DNA of 64,000 bases from an uncultured Alphaproteobacteria bacterium (GCA_963788805.1 CAWBHU010000005.1:62612-126611), one strand, 5' to 3'. Positions 23,617 to 37,927 are shown, counted from the first letter of the stretch. Notes: generated by a model from the sequence alone, not told the origin. A program made the numbers and translations.

Positions 23617-24594
23617 TTATTGCTCGAACTTCAGGTTTGCCGCTTTCGCGACATCAGAGAAATTCTTGATGTCGTCGTCGATCAGCTTGGCGAATTCGTC
23701 GCCGGTCGGTCCGCCCGGCTTCACCGCCATGTCCTTGAGCTTCTGCTGCACGGTCGCATCAGCCAGCGCGCGGCCGATCTCGGCTGCGCAGCTTGTTGAC
23801 GATCGGCTCGGGCGTGCCGGCCGGCGCGAAGAAGCCGCTCCACAACTTGGTGTTGACCTCCGGCATGCCGAGCTCGCCCATGCTCGGCACGTCCGGCAGT
23901 TCCGGCGAGCGCTCGGAGCCGGTCACCGCAACGGCGCGAAGCTTGCCGCCTTTGACCAGCGGAATGGCGGGCGGGCCGTCGGAGATCGTGAACAGGGTCT
24001 GGCCCGCAACCACGGCCAGATTCGATTCATTGCTGCTCTTGTAGGGGATCGCCTGTGACGGCATGCCGGATTTCAGCTTGAGCACTTCGCTCGCAATCGT
24101 GAAGGCCGGCGAAGAGGTCGCGTAATTGGCCTTGTCCGGATTGGCCTTGGCGAAGGCGATGACATCCTGTGGCGTTTTGTGCGGCGATGTCCGCCGAGAC
24201 CACCATGACCAGCGGAAACGACGCGATCATGTTGAGCGGGATGAAGCTCTTGGTCGGGTGATACGCCAGATTGGGATAGGTCGCGGCGGCGATCGACATC
24301 TGCCCGGTCGCGCCGACCATGACCGTGTAGCCGTCAGCGGGCTGGCGCGCCGTGTATTCGGCCGCGAGGCGGCCGCCCGCGCCCGCCCTGTTCTCGATCA
24401 CGACCTTGGCGCCGGACAGCTCTTCGAATTTCTGGGTCGACGAGGCGCGCGAACAGGTCGTTGCCGCCGCCGGCCGCAAAGCCGACGATGACGCGAATGA
24501 CTTTGTTCGGATAGGCGTCGGATTGCGCGTGCGCCGGCATCACCGCCGCCAACGCAATCAAGAGCGAGCCGCTCAAGCGACGAATCATCTTCAT
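23617..24594 (-). CDS. Bug/TctC tripartite tricarboxylate transporter substrate-binding protein (frameshifts)
   Basis: YPNKVIRVIVGFAAGGGND, ENRAGAGG, PADGYT, GKLRAVAVT, RSPELPDVP. Confidence 0.9.
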
Positions 24595-24643
24595 GGCGCT
24601 TCCCCGGTTCGCCCTCTTAGCGCGGGGCGTCGGTCCAAGGCTA

Positions 24644-25865
<1,222 letters not shown>

Positions 25866-25906
25866 GGCTTAGCTATACGGGGCATGCCGAAGCCTGCAAG
25901 AGCCGG

Positions 25907-26608
25907 TCAGGCGCGCAGCCAGTCAATCAGCGCCGCATTGACCGCGTCGGGCTGCTCGATGGTCGAGAGATGGCCGCAGTCGGGAATGATGGCGAGCTTC
26001 GCGCCGGGTATTCCTTGCGCGATTTCTTTGGACAGATCCGGCGGGGTCAGGGTGTCGCTGTCGCCGACCAGGACCAGGGTCGGACATTTGATGGAGGCGA
26101 GCAGCGGACGCGAGTCCGGGCGGCCCATGATGGCGCGCTGCTGTTTCAAGAAGCCGTCGACGCCGGTGTCGCGCGCCATGTCACGCACGATTTGCCGCAG
26201 GTGCGGATCGTTCTGGCGCGCGGCCGAGAGAAATTTCGGAGTCAGCAGGTCGATGACGTCGTTGAGCTTGCCCTCTTCCGCCATCCCCATCAGCTTGCGC
26301 CGCCCAACCTTCCCCTCCTCGCTGTCAGGCCGCGCCTGGGTGTCGAGCAAGGCAAGCCGCGCCACCCGCTCCGGGGCCGCGCGGACAACAGCAAGGGCGA
26401 CGTAGCCGCCATAGGAGAGACCGGCGAGCGCAAAGCGCTCCGGCGCCGCATCGAGAATGCGGCGTGCGACGCCCTCCACGCTGTCGTCGCGGCGATGATC
26501 GGCGATCGTGACGGCACCAAATGGCCAGAGCGCCGGCAGCTGCGGCGCGTAAAGCCGCGCGCTGCAAAGCAGGCCTGGAACCAGGATAAGCGGAAGCGGA
26601 TCAGCCAT
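25907..26608 (-). CDS. Alpha/beta-fold hydrolase
   Basis: GLSYGG nucleophile elbow, GDSD, CGHLS. Confidence 0.85.
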   Translation of the reverse strand: MADPLPLILVPGLLCSARLYAPQLPALWPFGAVTIADHRRDDSVEGVARRILDAAPERFALAGLSYGGYVALAVVRAAPERVARLALLDTQARPDSEEGKVGRRKLMGMAEEGKLNDVIDLLTPKFLSAARQNDPHLRQIVRDMARDTGVDGFLKQQRAIMGRPDSRPLLASIKCPTLVLVGDSDTLTPPDLSKEIAQGIPGAKLAIIPDCGHLSTIEQPDAVNAALIDWLRA

Positions 26609-26808
26609 GCGGGCGCGAGTTTACTGAAATCGTTAGGGATTTACAGAGCTGTCACGGGCCCGAGCATTGACTTTAGGGCCTTGAACCCTATGTTCCTTCA
26701 AACGGTCTGAGGAATAGATTCGACCGCCTCTCCGCGCAGCGCAAACCGTTTTCCATCAGGCGCGCGGATCCCAAAAGGACAACAAAGGCGGTCCCGACCA
26801 GAGGGTTC

Positions 26809-28266
26809 ATGTCCTTTACGCATCTCGGCTTGTCCGACAAGATTCTCGCCGCTATCGACGCGGCCGGCTACAAAACTCCCACCCCGATCCAAGAGCAGGC
26901 CATTCCGCACATTCTCGCCCGGCGAGACGTGCTCGGCATCGCGCAAACCGGCACCGGTAAAACCGGCGCATTCGTCTTGCCGATGCTCAAGTTGCTGGAG
27001 CAAGGCCGGGCCCGCGCGCGCATGCCGCGCACCCTCATTCTCGAGCCGACCCGCGAACTCGCCGCCCAGGTGGTCGAACAGTTCGAGAAGTACGGCAAGA
27101 ACCACAAGCTCAATGTCGCGCTGATCATCGGCGGCGTGTCGTTCGACGATCAGGACACCAAATTGCTGCGCGGCGTCGACGTGCTGATCGCGACGCCGGG
27201 CCGGCTGCTCGATCATTCCGAGCGCGGCCGCCTGCTGCTGTCGGGCGTCGAGCTTCTCGTGATCGACGAGGCCGATCGCATGCTCGACATGGGCTTCATC
27301 CCCGACATCGAGCGCATCGGCAAGCTGGTGCCGTTCACCCGCCAGACCCTGTTCTTCACGGCGACCATGCCGCCGGAAATCCAGCGCATCGCCGACAACT
27401 TCCTGCACAATCCGGTACGGGTCGAAGTGTCCCGGCCGGCCACCGCCGCAACCACCATCACTCAGATGCTGGTGCACAGCGGGCGCGAGGACCATGAGAA
27501 GCGCGAAACGCTGCGCAACCTGATCCGCAACGCCGCCAACTTCAAAAACGCGATCATCTTCTGCAACCGCAAGCGCGAAGTGGCGACGCTGCACCGCTCG
27601 CTGGTCCGTCACAAGTTCAATGCGGTGGCGCTGCATGGCGACCTGGACCAGTCCGCTCGCACCGCGGCGCTCGATGCATTCCGGCGCGGCGACGCCAAGC
27701 TGCTGATTGCCTCCGACGTGGCGGCGCGCGGCCTCGACATTCCCGACGTGAGCCACGTCCTCAACTTCGACGTGCCGCATCACCCGGACGACTATATTCA
27801 CCGCATCGGCCGCACCGGCCGCGCCGGCAAGAGCGGCATCGCGATCACCATTGCGACATCGGCGAATTCCAGGTCCGTGGCCGCAATCGAGAAGCTGATC
27901 GGCCAGCCGATCCCCGCGACCGGCGAGCCCGTCAAGGCCGAACCGGCAGAAGCCAACGGCCATGCCGATCACGAGCGCTCGGGCGGCTCGAGCCGCCAGC
28001 CACGCTCGCGCGGCAACCGTTCATCCAGGCAAAGGGGCCGCCCGCAGACCCAGGCGGCGCCGAATCCGGTCCAGCCAGCCGCGCCAAGGTCAACCCAGCC
28101 AGCCGGGCCAAAGCCGGCCCAGCCGGCCGCGCCAAGGTCAGCCCAGCCGGCCGCGCCGAAGCCGGCCCAGCCGAGCGCGCCGAAGTCGCGGCCACCGCTC
28201 GAAGATGCAGGTGATACCTCGCATCTCCCGGCGTTTCTGCTGCGTCCGGTGACCGTAAAGGCCTGA
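26809..28266 (+). CDS. DEAD-box RNA helicase (RhlE-like)
   Basis: AQTGTGKT, PTRELA, TPGRL, DEAD, TAT, ARGLD, HRIGRTGR. Confidence 0.95.
   Translation: MSFTHLGLSDKILAAIDAAGYKTPTPIQEQAIPHILARRDVLGIAQTGTGKTGAFVLPMLKLLEQGRARARMPRTLILEPTRELAAQVVEQFEKYGKNHKLNVALIIGGVSFDDQDTKLLRGVDVLIATPGRLLDHSERGRLLLSGVELLVIDEADRMLDMGFIPDIERIGKLVPFTRQTLFFTATMPPEIQRIADNFLHNPVRVEVSRPATAATTITQMLVHSGREDHEKRETLRNLIRNAANFKNAIIFCNRKREVATLHRSLVRHKFNAVALHGDLDQSARTAALDAFRRGDAKLLIASDVAARGLDIPDVSHVLNFDVPHHPDDYIHRIGRTGRAGKSGIAITIATSANSRSVAAIEKLIGQPIPATGEPVKAEPAEANGHADHERSGGSSRQPRSRGNRSSRQRGRPQTQAAPNPVQPAAPRSTQPAGPKPAQPAAPRSAQPAAPKPAQPSAPKSRPPLEDAGDTSHLPAFLLRPVTVKA
28072..28188 (+). repeat. 24-bp in-frame tandem repeat, about 5 copies (QPAAPRST/QPAGPKPA...)
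   Basis: CAGCCAGCCGCGCCAAGGTCAACC, CAGCCAGCCGGGCCAAAGCCGGCC, CAGCCGGCCGCGCCAAGGTCAGCC, CAGCCGGCCGCGCCGAAGCCGGCC, CAGCCGAGCGCGCCGAAGTCG. Confidence 0.9.
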
Positions 28267-28431
28267 TTAGCCAAACGCGCTGCGGATTGATCGCCGATTA
28301 TTATCGGCCATCACGCATTTACCCCTGATTCACGCCTGTCGCATACGGTCCCCGATTGGGGGATTACCTGGCCAGAACGGCCGGGCTCTCTGACTTTCCA
28401 GGCAGTCCCGACGCCCGGACGGAGCTTTTGC

Positions 28432-29497
28432 ATGACCGCGAACAGCGGCGAGCATGAACGCACAACGGCGTTCGCCGAGATCGCACTCGGTCAGATGAAA
28501 GCGCTCCGTCAGGCGGCAACCCCCCGCAATTACGAGATCTGGTACTGCTATGCGACGGGCTACAACCCGTCGCTCAATCAAAAGGTCAATGAGCTGCTCA
28601 AGGAAAAGGGCGGTCTCGACGAAGACGATCTCGACAACGTCTATAGCGCTTACCTCGCGCCATCCCGCCTCACCGACCGCATCGACAGGGTCGGCAACCA
28701 GGTGATGGGCGAGATCGAGCAGGTCATGGCGATGATCGACGCCGCCGCCGGCACCGCCAACTCCTACAGCGAGAGCCTCGCCGGCGTGTCCGAACAACTT
28801 GGCCAGGCCAAGGGCGACCGCGAGAGCTTGCGCGCGATCGTCGAAGGGCCTGGTGCAGACCGCGCGCGACATGGAGCAATCCAACCAGCAGCTCGAGGAG
28901 CGGCTCTCGGCATCAAAGAAAGAGATCACCGAGCTTCAGACCAATCTCGAAGCGGTGCGCTACGAGAGCATGACCGATCCCCTCACCCAGCTCTTCAACC
29001 GCAAGCATTTCGACATGACGCTGGCGCAGGCGATCGAGGACGCCACCAAGACGAGCGAACCGCTCTCGCTGATGATGAGCGACGTCGATCACTTCAAGAA
29101 ATTCAACGATACCTACGGGCATCTCACCGGCGACCAGGTGCTGCGTCTTGTCTCCATGTCGATCAAGCAGAACATCAAGGGCCAGGACACGGCGACGCGC
29201 TATGGCGGCGAGGAATTCGCGGTGGTCCTGCCGAACACCGTGCTGCGCTCGGCGATCGTGGTCGGCGACCACATCCGCCGCGCCGTCATGACCAAGGAAC
29301 TGATGAAGCGCTCGACCGGCGAGCATCTCGGCCGCGTCACCGTCTCGATCGGCGTCGCGACCTTGCGCAAAGGCGATACCCCGCAAACGCTGATCGAACG
29401 CGCCGATGCCTGCCTCTACGCGGCGAAACGGCACGGCCGCAACCGCGTCATGTCGGAAACCGATCCGGAAGTGAGCGTCTCGGCGAAGGTCGCCTAA
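28432..29497 (+). CDS. Diguanylate cyclase (frameshift near 28848)
   Basis: TDPLTQLFNR, DVDHFKKFNDTYGH, RYGGEEF; coiled-coil N-terminus. Confidence 0.92.
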
Positions 29498-29877
29498 ACG
29501 GCCTCTACGCCATTCGCAGGCTCGAGCTTCACGCTCTCGCCGCAGCCGCAGGCGGAGGTCTGGTTCGGATTTTTGAAGACGAACTGCGAGGACAGCTTCT
29601 CGGTCTTGTAGTCCATCTCGGTGCCGAGCAGGAACAGCACGGCCTTGGGATCGATCAGGAGCTTCACGCCGCGGTCCTCGACCACCTCATCGGTCGGCGC
29701 GAAGCTCTCGGCATATTCCATCGTGTATTCCATGCCGGCGCAGCCGCCATTCTTGACGCCAACGCGCACGCCGGCGACCGGGCGATCGGCCTGCGCCATC
29801 ACCTGCTTGATACGCGCGGCGGCGGCTTCGGTAAGCCGCATCACCTGAGGTTTCGGTCGTGCCTGGGTCATCGTCAT
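29494..29877 (-). CDS. sufA: A-type Fe-S carrier (SufA/IscA)
   Basis: GGCAG, NPNQTSACGCGES. Confidence 0.92.
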   Translation of the reverse strand: MTMTQARPKPQVMRLTEAAAARIKQVMAQADRPVAGVRVGVKNGGCAGMEYTMEYAESFAPTDEVVEDRGVKLLIDPKAVLFLLGTEMDYKTEKLSSQFVFKNPNQTSACGCGESVKLEPANGVEAV

Positions 29878-29917
29878 TTCGAATCTCTATATAGGGTCGC
29901 GCCGGCCGGTTAAGAAG

Positions 29918-30304
29918 TCACCACATATTGAGGACGAGCCGCGCCTCATCCGACATCCGGCTCGGGTCCCAGGGCGGATCCCACACCACATCGACCTTCA
30001 CCGGGCCGACACCGGCCACACTCGACACCGCGTTTTCGACCATGATCGGCAGTTCCTGCGCCGCCGGGCAGTTCGGCGAGGTCAGGCTCATGTCGACCTT
30101 CACGCTGCGGTCGTCGGCAATGTCGATCTTGTAGATCAGGCCGAGCTCGTAAATGTCGGCCGGGATTTCGGGGTCATAAACGGTCTTGAGCGCCGAGACG
30201 ATGTCGTCGGTCATGCGATTGACCTCGCCGTCCGGCAGCGCGGACGAGCCCGCAACGGCCGCATTGACCGGCGGCTTGTCGGTGATCGGAGCGTCCTCAC
30301 TCAT
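29918..30304 (-). CDS. sufT: SUF system Fe-S assembly protein (SufT/DUF59)
   Basis: VYDPEIPADIYELGLIY, TSPNCPAA, WDPPW. Confidence 0.88.
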   Translation of the reverse strand: MSEDAPITDKPPVNAAVAGSSALPDGEVNRMTDDIVSALKTVYDPEIPADIYELGLIYKIDIADDRSVKVDMSLTSPNCPAAQELPIMVENAVSSVAGVGPVKVDVVWDPPWDPSRMSDEARLVLNMW

Positions 30305-31543
30305 GCGAAAAAGTCCCGTGCCTTGACGAGCGACGCCGCCAGTCTATCGACTTCGGCCTTCGTATTGTAGAGGGCGAAAGAAGCGCGGCAGGTCGCGGTT
30401 AATCCGTAACGCGCCAGCAGCGGCATGACGCAATGCGTGCCGGCGCGCACCGCAACGCCTTCGCGGTCGATCACGGTGGCGACATCGTGGGGATGCGCGC
30501 CCTTCATCTCGAATGAGACGATGGGCCCCTTCCCTTTGGCATTGCCGATGATGCGCAGCGAATTGATCTTGCCGAGCTGCTCGTGCGCGTATTTGACGAG
30601 CTCATTCTCATGGGCGCGGATGCGCGCCTTGCCGATTGAATTGACGTAATCGATGGCGGCGCCGAGCCCGATCGCCTGAACGAGGGCGGGCGTCCCGGCT
30701 TCGAACCGATGCGGCGGGTCGCCGTAGGTGACGCGGTCCTCGAACACATCGCGGATCATCTCGCCGCCGCCGTTGAACGGCGGCATTTCCGAAAGCAGCG
30801 CGTGCTTGCCATAGAGCACGCCGATGCCGGTCGGCGCATAGAGCTTGTGGCCGGTGAAGACGTAGAAGTCGCAATCGAGATCGCGAACGTCGATATCCAT
30901 GTGCACGGCGGCCTGCGCGCCATCGACCAGCACCGGAATGCCGCGCTCATGCGCGAGCCTGATGACGTCCTTGACCGGCACGACCGTGCCGAGCGCGTTC
31001 GACATCTGGGTGATCGCGACCATCTTGGTGCGCGGCCCGAGCAGTTTCTCGAACTCCTCGATGAGGAAATTGCCTTCCTCGTCGATCGGCGCCCATTTGA
31101 TCACGGCGCCCTGCCGCTCGCGCAGGAAATGCCACGGCACGATGTTGGAATGGTGCTCCATGATCGAGAGCACGATCTCATCGCCGGCCTTGATCCGCTC
31201 GCGGCCAAAGGTCTGCGCAACCAGATTGATCGCCTCGGTTGCGTTGCGCGTGAAGATGATTTCTTCGGTGCGCTCGGCGTTGAGGAACGCGCGCGCCTTT
31301 TCCCGGGCGCGCCTCATACGCCTCGGTCGCGGCGTTGGCGAGATAGTGCAAGCCGCGATGCACGTTGGCGTACTCGGTCTCGTAGGCCTGCGTCAGGCGA
31401 TCGAGCACAGCCTTCGGCTTTTGCGCCGAAGCGGCATTGTCGAGATAGACGAGCGGCTTGCCATAGACCTGCATCGACAGCGCGGGGAAGTCCGCGCGGA
31501 TGCGCTCGACGTCGAACGAGCCGTTTTTGACGGCGGGATGCAT
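30301..31543 (-). CDS. sufS: Cysteine desulfurase SufS (frameshift near 31310)
   Basis: [28 protein letters not shown]. Confidence 0.95.
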
Positions 31544-31545
31544 GG

Positions 31546-32841
31546 CTAGCCTCGGGCCTCGAGCCAGGCGATGGCGCGAAGCATCACCAGCTCACGAAGC
31601 TGCTCGTTGCCGATTGTCTCGACCGTCTCGCCGACGAAAGCCTGGATCATCAGCGCCTCGGCTTCCTTTCTCGGAATGCCCCGCGCACGCAGGTAGAACA
31701 GAAGCTGCTCGTCGAGCGCGCCGGCGGTCGCGCCGTGACCGCACTGCACGTCGTCGGCAAAGATTTCCAGCTCCGGCTTGTTATCGGCTTCGGCTTCGTC
31801 CGACAGCAGCAGCGCGTTGCTGACCATCTTGGCATCGGTCTTCTGCGCGCCCGGTTCGACAATGATCTTGCCCTGAAACACGGTGCGGCTTTGCGCCATC
31901 GACCACCGAGCGGAAACGCTCGCGGCTGACGCAGCGCAGCGCATCGTGACGAATGACCAGCGTCGTATCGACGTGCTGCTTGCCATTGAGGAGGCTGACG
32001 CCGCCGATCGCGGCTTCGGTGTCATTGCCTTTGAAATGCACAAACGCCTGGTTGCGCACGACCGCGCTATCGGCGGTCAGCGCGAATGTAGCGAACCGCG
32101 CCTTGGCGCCGACCGAAGCCATCAAGGTCGAGAGGTGCAACGCCTTCGCTTCGGTGATCTTGACGTGCTCGACCTGCGCGCGGTCACCGACGACGAGTTC
32201 GAGCGCGTTGTTGGCCTGCGTGTCCTCGCTTTGGTGGATCTCGACCAGTGTCACCTCGGCGCCCGGCTCGACCACGATCAGCGAACGGGTGAACACGGAA
32301 GCGGCTTGCGTACCGGCGAAAACCAGGATGATCGGCTCGGCAACCTTGGTATTGGCCGCAATGTGAATGAGAGCGCCGTCGCCCATGAAAGCGGTGTTGA
32401 GAGCAACCGCCGGGTCCTTGGTCTCAAAGACCTTGCCCATATGAGCGCCGAGCAGCGGGTTGCCGTCGGCGAGCGCTTTCGCCATCGGCGTGATGGTCAC
32501 GCCCGCTCCAGCGCTCGCATCGGATTGCTTCGGCTCGAAAGCACCGTCGACAAAGACGAGCCGGCAACCCTTGAGCGTGTCAAAACCGGTTTTGACCTTT
32601 GCCGGCGTCGCCGCCGTATCCGGCCAGCGGCAACGCCTCGCCCATCAGGGCGCGCAAGTCGGTGTATTTCCACTCTTCGACCCGCCGATTTGGCAATCCC
32701 TGCGTTTCAAAGCGCTTGAAGGCGTCCTCACGCAGCGAAGCGATCGCGCCTTTGCCGGGCAGCCTGGCTTTCGCCGACGCATAAGCGTCGGCGAGCCCCT
32801 GCTCGGCCGCGCGTCTTGATCACTCGGAGTTCGGCATTCAT
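31546..32841 (-). CDS. sufD: Fe-S cluster assembly protein SufD (several frameshifts)
   Basis: VEEWKYTDL-like N-terminus, [24 protein letters not shown]. Confidence 0.9.
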
Positions 32842-32846
32842 CGCGC

Positions 32847-33603
32847 TTAGGCCGCCTCGTCCTGGTACTGGGCGTAACCCTTGGCTTCGAGCTCGAGCGC
32901 GAGCTCCTTGCCGCCGCTCTTCACCACACGGCCGCGCGAGAGGACATGCACGACGTCGGGCACGATGTAGTTGAGGAGCCGCTGGTAGTGGGTGATGACC
33001 ACAAACGAGCGCTCGGGACCGCGCAGCCGGTTGACGCCCTCGGAGACGATCTTGAGCGCGTCGATGTCGAGCCCGGAATCCGTCTCGTCGAGGATTGCGA
33101 GCTTCGGCTCCAGCATGGCGAGCTGCAGGATTTCGTTGCGCTTCTTCTCGCCGCCGGAAAAGCCGACATTGACGCCTCGGCGCAGCATCTCCATGTCGAT
33201 GCCGAGATGGCCGGCGCCGTCGCGCACCTTTTTCATGAATTCGGGCGTGGTCAGTTCGACTTTCGCCGCGCGCCTTGCGCTGCGCATTGAGCGCGGTGCG
33301 CAGGAAGTTCATGGTCGCAACGCCGGGGATTTCCATCGGATACTGGAAGGCAAGAAAAACGCCTTTGGCGGCGCGCGCTTCCGGCTCCATCGCAAGGAGG
33401 TTCTCGCCGTTGAACAGCACTTCGCCTTCGGTCACGGTGTAGCCGGACCGTCCGGACAAAACATGCGCCAGCGTCGATTTGCCGGAGCCGTTCGGCCCCA
33501 TGATGGCGGCGACCTGGCCCTTCTCGACGGTCAGCGAAAGACCCCGGAGAATCTTCTGCTCTTGCACTTCGACGTGCAGGTTTTTCACTTCAAGCAATGA
33601 CAT
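32847..33603 (-). CDS. sufC: Fe-S cluster assembly ATPase SufC (frameshift near 33260)
   Basis: [40 protein letters not shown]. Confidence 0.95.
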
Positions 33604-33645
33604 TACAGCCTCTGATTAATCGTCCAGCGCGCACGCGATCGACAC

Positions 33646-35145
<1,500 letters not shown>

Positions 35146-35190
35146 TGTTTCCTTCTCCTCACGGTTTCAAGGACCGTGGGTCAGCAGTTG

Positions 35191-36360
35191 TCACGCCGCA
35201 GACGCGGAAACCGCGCCACTGGTGGCGGCCTCATCTGCGATGGTGGAACGAGACTTAGATAGTGACGGAACCAGTTTTCTCCAAGCAGTCAGCAGGGATT
35301 CGACCTCGTTTTCGGTCGTTTCCGCGCCAAAACTGATGCGGAGCGCGGATTTCGCCAGATTTTCAGGCGACACCCATGGCCGCAAGCACATGCGAAGCGG
35401 AGACCTTGCCGGACGAGCAGGCCGCGCCGGAGGACAGCGCGATGCCGGCCAGATCGAAGGCGATGATCGCCGTCTCGGCGCTCATGCCGGGAACGGCGAC
35501 CAGAATCGTGTTGGGGAGACGCGGCTGACCGGCACCGAAGATGACGGCGTGCGGTGTCGCAGAGCGGATGCCGGTTTCGATTCGATCACGCAGCTGGATC
35601 AGATGCTTGGCGGCGTTTTCCCAACTTCGTGCTGAACTTGAAGCAGCGCCAAAACCGGCAATCGCGGCGACGTTCTCGGTGCCGGCGCGACGATTGCGCT
35701 CCTGGCCGCCGCCGCGGATCAACGGCTCGACCGCAATGCCGCCGCGCACGATCAGCGCCCCCGCCCCCTGCGGGCCGCCGAGCTTGTGGCTGGAGATCGT
35801 GAGCATGTCGGCGCCGAGCGCGCCCATATCGACCGCGATCCGGCCGGGCGCCTGGACGGCATCGACGTGCAGCAGACCGCCGGCACGATGAACGATGTCG
35901 GCGAGCTGCCGGACCGGCTGAATGATTCCGGTCTCGTTGTTGGCAAGCATGAGCGAGACCAGCGGCCGCTTGGCGTGCGCGATCAGCGCCTCGGCCTTGC
36001 CGAGATCCACGACACCCTCGCTCGTGACCGGAAGCTCGGTGACGGCGCCAAACCGGCCGCCCGCCCGCACCGATGGATGCTCGATCGCGGAAACGAAAAG
36101 GGCGTCACCAAGCGACGGCGACAGCGCCAGCATGTTCGCTTCGGTCGCGCCCGAGGTGAAAATCACGCCGGCGGGTTCCGCGCCTACGAGGGCAGCGACC
36201 TCGGCCCGCGCCTTCTCGATCAGCGCGCGGGCGGCGCGGCCCTCGCCATGGACCGACGAGGCGTTGCCGGTGCGGCCGAAGGCGCCGCGACCATGGCCTC
36301 GCGCGCCTCCGGGCGCAGCGGCGCCGTGGCATTCCAGTCAAAATACGCGCGTTCCGTCAC
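35191..36360 (-). CDS. IscS/NifS-type cysteine desulfurase (frameshifts)
   Basis: YFDWNAT, FTSGATEAN, ANNETG, HVDAVQ, SSHKLGGPQG, SSGAACSSG. Confidence 0.9.
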
Positions 36361-36493
36361 AACCTGTCGCTTCCCTCGCCCGTTCAAGGCGGGCGAAAAA
36401 GCTTGATTTTTGCCACCCCCGCTATGTTAGAAGCCGGGGCCTGTTGGCGTGCTTATAGCGAGCATGCACCGCGATGGCAGCGAAAATCGTATA

Positions 36494-36510
36494 ATTGGAA
36501 TAGTTCTAAG
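36494..36510. promoter_or_regulatory. Iron control element (Irr box) in the suf promoter region
   Basis: ATTGGAATAGTTCTAAG versus the ICE consensus TTTRGAAYNRTTCYAAA, in the divergent suf/hydrolase intergenic region. Confidence 0.75.
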
Positions 36511-36589
36511 AATAAAGCGGGAACAGAATAAACCGCTCGTTTTGGACGCGCGAGGCGTCAAACGCCCCGCCACCGGACGTGGAGACGAG

Positions 36590-37252
36590 ATGCCTGAAGT
36601 CATTTTCACCGGCCCGGCCGGCCGCATCGAGGGCCGCTATCACCCGGCCCGGCAGAAGAACGCCCCGATCGCGATCATCCTGCATCCGCACCCGCAGTTC
36701 GGCGGGACGATGAACCACCAGATCATCTACCAGCTCTATTACGCGTTCGTGCATCGCGGCTTCTCGGCGCTGCGGTTCAACTTCCGCGGCGTCGGCCGCT
36801 CGCAAGGCGCCTTCGACCACGGCCAGGGCGAGCTCTCGGATGCCGCCTCGGCGCTCGACTGGTCGCAGACCATCAACCCGGAGGCCAAGAGCTGCTGGAT
36901 CGCCGGCTTCTCGTTCGGCGCCTGGATCGGCATGCAGCTTCTGATGCGCCGGCCCGAGATCGAGGGCTTCATCTCGATCTGCCCGCCCGCCAACCTCTAC
37001 GACTTCTCGTTCCTCGCGCCCTGCCCGTCCTCTGGCCTGATCATCCACGGCGACAAGGACGCGGTGGTTCCCGCCAAGGACGTCACGACGCTGGTCGACA
37101 AGCTCAAGACGCAAAAGGGCATCGTGATCGAGCAGAAGGTGGTGCAAGGCGCCAACCACTTCTTCGACGGCAAGGTCGAAGCGCTGATGACCAGCGTCAA
37201 CCAGTATCTCGACAAGCGGCTGGTGAATAACCGCAAGCCTGCGGTGGCTTGA
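36590..37252 (+). CDS. Conserved alpha/beta hydrolase divergent from suf
   Basis: LHPHPQFGGTM, RFNFRGVG, GFSFG, GANHFF. Confidence 0.9.
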   Translation: MPEVIFTGPAGRIEGRYHPARQKNAPIAIILHPHPQFGGTMNHQIIYQLYYAFVHRGFSALRFNFRGVGRSQGAFDHGQGELSDAASALDWSQTINPEAKSCWIAGFSFGAWIGMQLLMRRPEIEGFISICPPANLYDFSFLAPCPSSGLIIHGDKDAVVPAKDVTTLVDKLKTQKGIVIEQKVVQGANHFFDGKVEALMTSVNQYLDKRLVNNRKPAVA

Positions 37253-37274
37253 GCGGCGCTACCGCGCCGCGCCG

Positions 37275-37844
37275 TCAATCGCCCGCGCTGGTGTAGCTGT
37301 AACCGAGGCGGGCATTGAAGAAGACTCCGCCGGGATTCAGGCAGACGTTGACAGCGTAGGTGTAGCGGGCGTTGTCGACCAGACCGAAGTTCGGATCGAT
37401 TGGGACATTCAAAGCAACCCGCAGGCCGGTCGTGGTGGTCGATGTTCCCGTGCCGATCGTGTCACGACCGTCGTCGCTGATGTGCTGCCGAGACAGGACG
37501 CTCGATACGTCCGCTTGGTTGAAACCACGGTGGAACACGATCAAATTCTTGATAGTGGCGCCATGGGGTAGGTTTATGCCCCTGCTGAAGCATTTAAGGA
37601 TGCTTGTGCCGAGTCCGCCGCTTGGGCTGTTGTCATAGTCGCCGGCGGCCTTATTAGGCACCATCCCCAGATTGCTGATGCCCACATAGCCGGTCTTGGC
37701 GTTCGTGTAGTTATAGGTGTTCTCGGTAATGGCGACCGCCGCGCCACTCATGAACAAGACCGCAAGTGCGCCGCCCACGGCAAATGCCGCCCCGGCACCC
37801 GATCCGCCGGCAGATTTCAAACGTTGAAGAATATTCATGGTCAT
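37275..37844 (-). CDS. Secreted/membrane-anchored hypothetical beta-rich protein
   Basis: MTMNILQRLK + hydrophobic segment; INLPHGATIKNL...VDNARYTY; GGAG RBS. Confidence 0.65.
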   Translation of the reverse strand: MTMNILQRLKSAGGSGAGAAFAVGGALAVLFMSGAAVAITENTYNYTNAKTGYVGISNLGMVPNKAAGDYDNSPSGGLGTSILKCFSRGINLPHGATIKNLIVFHRGFNQADVSSVLSRQHISDDGRDTIGTGTSTTTTGLRVALNVPIDPNFGLVDNARYTYAVNVCLNPGGVFFNARLGYSYTSAGD

Positions 37845-37893
37845 CTCCTCCGGTGCTGTATTCGTGGCGGAGTAATGGCTGCCGTCGCTCCCA

Positions 37894-37927
37894 CTGAACA
37901 GCCGGCGCGCGGCTAACGGTTCGTTAG
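37894..37927 (-). promoter_or_regulatory. 34-bp conserved upstream element, copy 1
   Basis: CTGAACAGCCGGCGCGCGGCTAACGGTTCGTTAG, identical in three places; contains CTAA-N7-TTAG. Confidence 0.6.

Noticed and set aside
28072-28188. CRISPR-like repeat array
   Set aside because: Contiguous in-frame coding repeats with no spacers and no cas genes.
28318-28332. Degenerate CtrA-like site (TTTA-N7-TTCA) upstream of the diguanylate cyclase
   Set aside because: Two mismatches to consensus; too weak to call from sequence alone.
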